From the NCBI GenBank assembly GCA_964106645.2, contig OZ067046.1: DNA of 64,000 nucleotides, one strand, 5' to 3'. Shown piece after piece: positions 10,801-21,800 of the stretch. Position 1 is the first letter of the stretch. Each line of letters starts with the position of its first letter. The notes beneath the pieces were generated by a model. It was not told the origin of the DNA, did no database searches, and was given only the letters and a program-made list of their open reading frames with translations. Origin of the DNA: Podarcis pityusensis (Eukaryota). Made by a program: the position numbers and the translations under genes.

Positions 10801-13800
10801 TGGAATATGAACTGTGATAATGTTTGTCGCTTGCCAAAATGGAGAATGGAGAGAAATCTCTCTGTCTGCATCTGCATGCATACATGTTTGTGTAAAAATG
10901 AAGTAGCCACTGTCGTTGATTACTGAATCATTTTGGGTTGTGCATATAGCTGATGAGTGCTCAAAACGTCAGAGAGAAAGAATAGTGTGAAGTCAAGGGA
11001 TTACCCATGAAGAATATATCCCAGGGACCGCCAGTCTGTTTAGACAGTGTCAGGGGGACATTTCCCCTTTCCCATATATCTGTTGAAGGTTGTGGGGTTC
11101 CCCTTGTCACTCTACACACCAGAATCTGTGACATATACAAACTGGCAGAAAAAAGTGTGCTGTCAGGAAAGAAACATAGGAAACAGCCTGCATTTCCTAA
11201 GGCAGGTTATTTGCCCATCCAGTTCAGTTTTATTGCTAACTGGCAGCAGCTCTCCAGGGTTTCAGACAGGAGTCTTTTGTCAGCCCAGAAGATGCCGACA
11301 ACTGAACCTGGACCTTTTGCATGCAATGCAGTGCTCCACTCCAGATCTACAGCCCTTTCCCATTTATATCCTGAAATCCTATAGCAAGATTTATTCAAAT
11401 CCTTTCACCTCCTGCTCTCTAACACCAGCATCTTCACCTTTTTATATCCCTAGACATTTTAAATCTGCATTAGTGATTAAAGCATAGTAGAAAATTGTGC
11501 TAAACCACAAATTGCAGTTGTTCCTGATGGAGGTATAGGGCAGAGCACACTAGGGCTATATTATTGACATACACACAGAAAGAAAACTGAACCCCCATAT
11601 TATAAGACATTGGCCTAAGCATATTAACAAACTAGAAAGGAAAAGAAAACCAGAGTTTATGTTAATGACTGAAATGTGGGCAGTTCTGAGGCAAGATAAA
11701 AAAAAAATTAACTAAAAAATAACAATGGAATATCTGCAGGAGGAAGCATCACTTCAGCACAAAAGGCTTTACTGAAAAAGCAAAACAAAAGTTAAGACTA
11801 TGAGCTGGCTATATGTTTTGCTTAAAAAAAGATTAAGGAAAAATATTTGTAAAATAAATTCATATTTATAGCAAATATGTAGGATACTTTGTGGTAGACA
11901 AAGGTAAACTTACCAATAAGACCCTTTGTATTACTTGTTGACACAGCTATATGAGCTGGCATGGGAACTGGCTTTGAATCCTCTGCTGTCATAGATGTTA
12001 TGCTACTGGTTTCAGCTTCAATTGACACATCCTTCCCACCCCTCCGTTTTATGGTACCTGTATCACCTTCAGAGTCCTCTCCCCAGTAGCCTGTGGAGGA
12101 TGCCCAGCTTGCTCTGGACTGTGCTTGATCAAGGCCCTCCCTACCTTGACTCTGCCTGCCATACTTTGTGCCATGATCGGAGAACATCATCGGGTCCATG
12201 TGGCTGCCTGAGGCCCACAGTCCTGCCCCATCGCCTGAACTATCGAAATGAGCATGTCCAAAAGGAAGAATCTCCCAACTTCGCTGGTGCTGTATTGTCT
12301 GTATGTTGTCATGGGAACCACTTGAACAAGAAGTCCAGCTGCCACGGCCACTATCCGCTGCATCAAGTGATGCTCGATCTCCCTGATCCTGTGACAGCTC
12401 CTCAGTGCTAGGAGAAGCAAGCATGGTTGCCCCAGCATACAAGCCTCTGTTCTCTGACAGTGGTGGGTAGTAGCTAGAAGAACACAGGAACAAAATAATT
12501 AATAGGCATAAAGCAACAATGTTGCCACTAGCAATTAGAATATCAAACAGCAGTAACAATTTGCACACAGCTTTTTGTTCAATTTGTAGTACAGATCAGT
12601 TAACTCTAAAGACTGTGCTCAAATTCACATGCTTCAATAGCTGCCAAATATACATCTAATGAAATTATTGTGATACTTGTGCACCAACTGAACACTAGAT
12701 CAGAAGTGTCATTGGGTGTTTTTCAAAGATTTTTCAAATTGTGAATCTGGTAAGAGTATTAGGAGCATGCATTTTCCCCATTCGTCCCCTATTATCTCTT
12801 GGAGATGCAGATATATCATCTAATACTTATCAAAATAATTGGGGAAAAGATTTAGGACATTAGTCACTAAACACTGTCTGGAATTGGATATGACAAAATG
12901 TCCCTCAACAAAAAATCAATGCACATTTAAATGAAACTTTTGACAAGTTCATTTTTCATTGGTGCTTAGAGGTCTCTTGGTGTCTTAAATGGTGAATTTA
13001 GCCCTTTAATATTGGGTGAAAGAATTTGCATTGTATTCATTCTGTGGTAGTTTAAACACAACTTTTCCCAAATATTGATTCCTTAATTTTGAGAATTATA
13101 TAAATGTAGTCCCCAGCACTAACATTTTCTATTTAACATACTAATTTGCACTGTCACCTCCTCTCTCCTTTTTTTCCCTTATTGACAATAATTTACTTTT
13201 CTTTGTTCTTCTTGATGCAGTGCTTCTCTAGTCCCACTTGCTGATTCAAGTTATATTTATTATCTTCATTATTCTGTTTTTATATTTGATAAGTTTGAGT
13301 GTTTGTCCTTTCCAGTATCTGAACTAAATATTCCTTCCATGTTGTTTCTTTTGATTAGCTAATGTTTTAACCACAGTTTCTTATTCAACAAGATAAGTAG
13401 TTTAAATGAGGTCCCCCATTGATATATTGTTAATTTTTGCCTAAGCAGTAGTGTGAGAAACTTGAATTCCATGATTTTACTTGAAATATCTGGGTGCATA
13501 TTAGCTAGGATTTTAAACAGATTTCCAATTAAAATAAATGTCTCTCCTATCCTGTAAGTTGCAGCTTCTTTTAAACTAATAAATGTAACCGAGATTTCTC
13601 TCAAGCATTCACTAAACACCAACTCAAAAACTTGGGACCATTCTACTTTTAGATCCTATTCTAAAAGACGCCTCAGTCCAAGCTGATGCTGATCAAAGTT
13701 TGTCCAAATGTATATAATTACACAAGCGTTCTTTTAGGAAGTCTACTAGGTTTGCCCTCTCCATTCCTTCTGGAAGACCCCTACATTTTAAAATAAATAA

Positions 13801-16800
13801 CAGGATATTTTGGAAAGATCGGGCCAAGAAAGCATTATGCTTTATGGGACACAGGTTTGCAGTGTTTTGCTTTTCCTTTAAAGGCAGAGTCACTCAAGTG
13901 ATGCCTTGTAACAGAATACATGTTCCTAAAATCTGCTCATGAGAGAAAAAGCATCTACAGCTCTAGAGTAGGCTTTTGATAAATGTAATTACACTGACAT
14001 GTACTACCTACCCTATGCTGTACTGATCTGGTTCAATTATGGCTCTTCGGTCAATCCTGCCCACTCCAAGGTTAGTTTCCACAATGCTGACAGAGTGCCT
14101 CTGCCTCCTATCATCATGTAGTGATACCGGCATAGAGTCAAATGAAGAATTGCTGACAATGCTGGATCTGGAAGAAATTTCACTGTGACCAGAGTCTGAA
14201 AAGTTATCCACGGTACCACTGGGAGCCAGAGTATAACCTGTACACGGAAGAGTGATTATAATAATTTTCATTATAAAATTTTCAGCATTTGTATAATTTG
14301 TATTCAAATTATGCAGCCCCTGTACCAAAATTACTTTTTAAATTGTTGTTGTTGTTTTAAATCTGAAAACAAATAATTTATAAGGGGGTATTTATAGTTT
14401 CATCTTATTTTTAAGATAGAGAATCTGGGGGGAGAAAACATTAACTGATGATAATTTAAATATCAAAAAAAAAAATTACTTGCAGTTTCAATATCTAACT
14501 AACATGATTCAAATGGGTTCTACACTGTATGCCTTTGCCATCCATTGGGATAGAATCTGAATAGAGAAAACCAACCGTATCCCTGGACAAAGCCCACAGC
14601 AATCCAATTATAGGAATCTAATTTTGCTTAAACTGAAATAAATTTGGGGGATGGGGCGTGCTGCCACACATATGAACAATAGTAAACATGCTTGGTTCCA
14701 CAGCCAGGATTGATGCATATGGGAAACATAAATGTGGTCTCATTTGTAGAGGAAGCTTCATCATAATTCCAAAAAGAAAATATTTTGCATGAAGATTTTT
14801 ATTCCACACAAATTGTCTTCATCGTGATTTCTACCCATTTCTACCCATCCTTGATACTGTGGGAGGCTGCACACATGAATGGTTTCAGCAAACAGGGGTG
14901 AACAACTAATAATAACAACTAATAACATTATGGTTCTTGGCACTTGGATATGGGGATCATTAGGCTGCTTTATCTCCTTCCCCAACTGCATCTGAGAAGG
15001 CAGGAACATAGGAAGCTGGTTGTGCTGAGTTAGGCTGCGGGTTCATTTAGCTCAGTATGCCTGCACTCAGTATTGACTTGTACTCAGTATTGACTTGCAT
15101 CAGGATTTCTGACAGAAAATGTTCTGGCTTGCATACTTAGAATGTGACAACTTTGTGCTTTTAGGAAATGTCTGCCATGCTAAACCACAACTGACTACAT
15201 ATTTGGCATCTTAATAGGTTTAAACAGTTATCACTAACAATTACAAGAGAGGTGAACTTGTGAGAGGTGAGGAGTATTTAGACCCTGGCATACTTTTCCT
15301 TGGAGAGCTCTGTGGCGAGGTGGGAGGAGAAGATAACTGTGAAGACGCATTTGAAATTGTGTCCTCTGCTTGTTTCTTATGACGATCCAAGCTTCCCTCT
15401 TCAGAGAGTGAAAGAATTTTCTTTAAAGCTTGTGGAGAGTTTATGCCTTCAATAAAGAAGAAGTAACACATCTGATATAAATGCACACACTTTTTCTTGC
15501 ATATTCAAATGAGGCCATTCCATGGACCACTGATACTACCATTACTATGATATTTTAGCCCACCCTTCTTTTGCAGATCTGAGGGCAGTGTACATTACAC
15601 ACCCACATTTATTATCACAACCCCCCAGTAAGGTTATGCTGAGAGAATATGCTTAATGGGGATTTCAATCTAAGTCACTCCAGTCACTCTCCACACCAAC
15701 GTACAATTTATTCTAAGAAAATTATATGCAATTAATAAAAACAAATTTAAACATAACTATTCAGCCCAAGAAAAATGTAGATTAGACCAATGTTTCTGTT
15801 TTACATTCACTTGGAAAATGTGGTTGGTTCTTAGTTCTCAGCCATTCATGGAAAAAGATTGACTACAGCTAGTATCCCAGGTTATCCCCTCCCTCAGGCC
15901 TGCAACTGAGACAGAAACCTGCAGCTTAAACATGTCTGAAGCGCCATTAAATTTAGAAGGTAAATGGCTACTTCACTGATTCCATGGTATTATATATATA
16001 TATAAAACCTATGTCTTCAAAGTAAGTATAAATGAAAAATAGAGTTAAAGATAGACTCAAAAGACATTGATCACTAGATCAGGAACCATGGTTAAAATTG
16101 GATAGTTGTAAAAATGTGCAGTGGATGTCATCCACTTCAGAGTGCTGTCAAGACTGGGCTTGCATTAGCAGGCCCCAACATAGGAAGAAGAGGAAGATTG
16201 GTGGGGACTAGAGTCAGAGGTGGGGGATGAGGGGCTCTCTAGCAACTGTCAGCTCCCTTAGCGCACTACAGTTCCCAGGATTCTTTGGGGGAGGAATGAC
16301 TTTTTAAAGTGGGATGATACTGTGTTAAATGCAAACTACAGATGAGACTTTCGTGTGATCTCTTAACATTGATTCTGTTACACTTTTTAACTGAACCTTC
16401 CATTTCCAAAACACAACAGTAATAACAATGTATTAGAACCTGTGTTTTCCCCACCTTTGTTTGCAGTTGCTCAAGATGCATACCTGTCATTTGTGAAAAT
16501 ACAATCCTGAAACATGGAACTTCCGCCAGTAATTTGAAAACATTGTGGGTTTTTTAATGCTCTTGAGAATTTGTTTAACCATTTTTAACATAAAATTGTT
16601 TTTCTACTGAACAGAACAATCCGCAATACTTACCAAAGGGTGGAAGGTCTTTGACTGGTACTTTCTTACGAGAGGGATAAAGTGATACAGCAGGAACCTG
16701 CAGTGCTTGGTTTGCTTTGTGCTGCTGTTGCTGCTGCACTTTCTGCTGGATACCTGACCTATGTGCGACTGGGGATGTTTCAGGTTTTCCAGACCGTTTT

Positions 16801-18780
16801 TCCCCTGGAGTCTTGGGTACTTTAAATAAAAAGTAGAATTAAGATTACAGTTAAGACTACCTCAAGAGTACTTGATTTTATATTAAACGGTGTCTGGAAG
16901 AATGATAAATGATGGAAAAGAGATATCCTCTCTTGGTTGAAAAACCTTTGAATTTTTTAGTCCTCTCATTCAGCTATAATATACTACCACAAACTATAGT
17001 AAAATGATGCCCTAATCAGCAGTTGGAGAGCCAATTAGGTAATGTATGCCATTTAAGAAACAAGTACCACATATGCCAACTGTAATATTGTCTACAATTT
17101 GCAATGGCATGGAATAACTTGTTTTCTAGCGATCAGCTTGATTAGAAACACATACTTCTCTCAATGATGCTGTGGCCAAGCCTAAGCCTGAGGGACAGTT
17201 AAGCTGTAGGCTAAATAAAGATAAATTAACAGCTCATTTGCCATGACTGAGGTGCACACCCAACTAAGAAAAATGCTCACATGTATTGCTGGCTGGTTCA
17301 CATTGTAGAGAGAGTGCCTGAAGGCTCTCTTCATCCATTTCCAGATCCAAATTGGAGAGATACTGCTTGACTTTCCGAGCCATCTGAGCATCTTCATATA
17401 GCTTTTTGGCATTGAGGAAGGAGCTGCGGCGGACCCGCTTTTTATGTCCACCTGTTTGTGCAACATCAAGGACTGCTGCATTTGTACTGCCTTGACTGAG
17501 AGACCTGGGGTGAAAAGAGACAAGATGACATGTAACTTAGCTCATCGCTGCATCCTTCAATGACTTGAAACATGCAAAGGTCTGCATGAATGTCAGTCTA
17601 TGGTCAAAGCTTACATGCCTCATTCAAGTAAGTCATACAGCTACAATAGGAAAAGGATAAAAATAAAGAACAACAATCAGTTGCAATTGTGAATATGGAT
17701 TCATTAAAGTCAGCCCCTGAGAATTACTCTGCTCCAAGTATGAAATTCCATGTCATTGGGGAAATGGTTAAACTCTCTCCCAGTAGCCTTGAGTATTACA
17801 AGGACAGAAATATTAAGGCAGGCTCATGCAGCAAGGTGTCTCAGACCAGTAAACAGTGGTCAAGCCTCCTGAAACTCAAAATCCACTACTCTCAAAATCA
17901 GGCAGGAAATGTCCACTTTGTACTTTTCAGGTGCCTCTATTAAAACATTTAATTCCATCTGCAATGTGCCAAAAAGTCTACTGCATTTTCATTCCCCACT
18001 TCCCTCGCCTTAAATAGGACTTCATGTTAAATAAAAACGTTCAATTAGTTAATGAGGAAGCATGCAAATTTGGATGTGTTTATGTATGGGAGCTATTTTG
18101 CTTCTAATATGTTAACAGCAATAATGAAGGCTGGTTTGTAGAAAGAAAATTTAGTTAGTTGAGCTGTTAAAAATCACAACATTGGAATAAAATTTGTGGA
18201 TTTGGATGGTTCTATTAACTTGTGTGGCGTGTAAATTTACTGCTTATTTTTATCTGAACCACCATCATGTAACCCCATTTTGGTATACTCTTCCCATTGA
18301 GACTGGTTACGTATGTACATATGTTAGGGATAATGCAAGCTGAGAGGCTAATCTGCATAACAGCCAGCCATTGTGCACATTCATGACTCATGGAGAATGT
18401 GCACCTCAACTGTCCATAAAGATAAAATTGTGCATATTTCCTGGCCCATACGCATACTCTCAAAAACATGATAATTTTTCTCAGCATCTCAGCATCATTT
18501 TTTACATTCTTTGAGCAATATGCATGTTATCCTGTCACTAGATATACTCTACAATAGTATGTCCTCTTTTCCATGCCGCTCAGCTGTTCTGCACAACCAA
18601 CTGACTCTGGCATCTCTTCTCCACAACCCAGCTGTTTCCCCACTGTTCAGCGATGTTAATGGATACATGGGAGGTGAGTGTATGCAAATGGACTGGGAGC
18701 TGAGGGGTGTATGTGTTAATTCATTCACACAGAAGTTCCCAGTGTCTTTATGCGGGATGGAAAGACAGGTAGAAGTAGAG

Positions 18781-18846
<66 letters not shown>

Positions 18847-21800
18847 CACCCACACTTTATTCCTTACACCTTACACTCTTATGCATCCAAACACATATAT
18901 TGTTGTATGTATGTATGTATGTAGTGCTTGTGTTGGAACAGTGTCCCCTGTGAATTCTGTGTGAATATTCCCAAAGAATGTGGGGGAAAACCTGTCATGA
19001 TATGCACATTCCTTGAGGTCTGCTAGAGAATATGTATACTTGCTGGATAATGTACAAAATGTTGTTGAGATATGCTCAGTCCTTAAGACCACATAGAAAA
19101 TTCTTTTGCATGGACAAATTATGTCCACTCAACTCACATTATCCCTAACATATATGAGGCAATTTTATGAATTCTAGATCAAACCAATGAATCTCACTGC
19201 TTTGCACTTCTTTAACGTTTCACAGCTCTTGGGTTTATAACCTCAAGCAAAAGCAGCACTGGATTAAATCTGATGCAGGTACAGAAGGGTTAACAAAAGG
19301 AGGAAAATGCCAGAGCACCAGAAAATTAAGGGAAGCAGGTAGGAAACAATGCAGATTTTCAGAAAAAGAAGTTTGTCTGTATGTGTTCTCTCCAACCACT
19401 TACCCCAAACTCCTCCACTTCTTCTTCCTGCAAGTGAGAGCCATGAGTATTGAAGCATGGATTTAAGGAAGAGACAGAGAGATTATAAGCTCAGAAAGAA
19501 AGGATCAGACTTCAGGACAAGCAGTACCAGAAAGCCCAGAACAGCCTTCTCTCAGTCAGTCAGCATAATACATTAAATAGGTGTCTATAGAGTGCCCATA
19601 AGATTAAAGCTCATTTCACACTAAACTGAATTCATCTTGGATTACTTACACCTTTAGCGTAAAATAGTGTTCTAAAATCTGGAGTGAATTTTGTTTCTAT
19701 CCTCTTTCTGCTTTTCAGCTTTCACATAATATAATTTCCTTTTAAAACATTTATTCATTCAATATGCATTTCCTATACATTGAACCAAAGGGGTTATTTT
19801 AACTATCCCAAATGATTCAATGCAAACTCTGCTTATATCTATTTTATCTAAGTAAGAATAAGACTAGTGATTAAATATCTATTATTTCTCTTGTTCTCCA
19901 TGACCTTTAAACAATGAACGTAACATAATTACGCAATGACAGGAAGAGCCATTTCCATCCGTACTGCCTTTTCCTGATGGGGGCATTTGATTGGTTGCAA
20001 CACTTACCCACCCCTGTGAATCAGTTAATTTGCACAACATTATAATTACAGACCAGACAAGAGGGGGAAATGTATTACTTGAATATTTCTTAAAACTCAA
20101 AACTTGCAAAACAATGGCTTCAGGGCTTCAGTCTAGCAAGTGTATGCGTCATAATTATTATAATAGTTCAAGTTATACTATGAGCTGTCTGAAGCAGTCT
20201 TCAACACTGAACTCTTGAACTGCTTTTCTTGTTAATTGCTTTTTGGGGAAAGGGCTGTAGCTCAGTGGTAGATCATCTGCTTTGCATGCAGAAAGCCCCA
20301 GGTTCAATCCTTGGCCTTGACAGGCAGGGTTGGGAAAAGAGCCCTGCCTAAAATACTGGACAGCCACTGCTGGTCAGCATAGGAAGTTCTAAGCTTGATA
20401 GACCAATGGTCTGACTCAGTATAAGGCAGCCTCCTGTGTGTTCATATGAGTTTAAAAGGAAACATGGTGATCTTATTTAGAACTCACTATTGGCACAAAA
20501 GCCCAAATAACTTGTAATGCAAGAACAAAATACATATCTAAGATCAAAACAAATCTCATGTATGTTTGTGTTTGAATTCATTTGTGTTAGCAGTATATTT
20601 GTAATAGTAGAATATCCTTCATGAATGCACATATGTAGAAATCAAACAAAACCATTGTAAGAAAAAGTGTTGCATAGAATGGTGAGGAAGAATCAAATTC
20701 TGCGTAAAAAGCAAGCAGGGTCTACTTGCTATGATTGGGCAATGCTCATTTGTCATGAACTTTAGGAAGCTTGGCGTAGATATCAAGAGGACAACACAGA
20801 TGAAAGGTGTTACTCATCTTGATGAAAAGACAACTGCTTACTTTCAGGCTGATATATAAAGAGAATATCTGATTGCTGTCAAATAACTTGCAGCTAATTA
20901 GCTGGAGAAATAAAGACAATTCTATGTCTTACCCTTGTTCTCTGAATGCAAGCATTAAACACTAGCCAAGTTTAAAGTATGTATCTGTAACACAAGACAA
21001 TCTTAGCTCAATGGTTTTTATTTCACACTTCAAGTGCGTTAGTCTTTGGTCAAAAGAACTCACCTAGTCCTGAACATTAAAGCAGGATCCATGTTAACAG
21101 AAGCCATTCGACCCACATGGCGAATCTCTTTTGCGATCATTCGTAATTTCTCAAAATTGACCAAACCTTCCACTTTGGAATCATTTCCTACATTGCCAAA
21201 AGAATGATAGGAAATAACTATAGTACTCTGCAATTGGTCAGTGAAAGTAAAAACATAGGTGTTGCCATCACCAAAGAGTCAATACAGAAAAAACACTTGC
21301 AACATTTACCTTCATGGAGGAATGTAAGGTCCTTTTTGATTACAGGGAACAATGGAATAATAGGAGGCTGTAGATTTTGGCTATTCAGGACATTGCGATA
21401 TTTTGCCATGTTCCTAGATGGATCAAATAAATCCTGAAGATCTTGAAACAATTTTTCATATTTGCTTGGAAGTTTTTCCCAAGTAGTTCGTAGTCTTGCA
21501 ACTGGAGCTAAGTTTAGGCCACTAAAGAATGAATTTTAAAAGATGTTGGGGGTTTTAATCTCTATTCAAAATGACACCTGCATTTGCAGCATCACAAACA
21601 TATGTTCCTGTATACAATCTTCTGAAGTAAAACTAAATGCATATCATATCATATCATATTTAGCAACGGACAAATGTAGACACTGGTAAACAAAAACACT
21701 GCTTTCAGAGATTATGCACCATAAAATTGTAGGTCTTTTCTGAACTGCAATGTTCAAGCAATATTTGTGAGTTGAAGAATCATCAAAAGATTATGGTAGC

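Noticed and set aside
19644-19675. Additional GTAAGT donor in the microexon intron
   Set aside because: The nearest acceptors give 2-nt or 22-nt exons, out of frame and without supporting context.
20250-20325. tRNA-Ala gene
   Set aside because: It is a tRNA-like head continuing into a SINE body and tail, with a degenerate acceptor stem and related copies elsewhere in the window.
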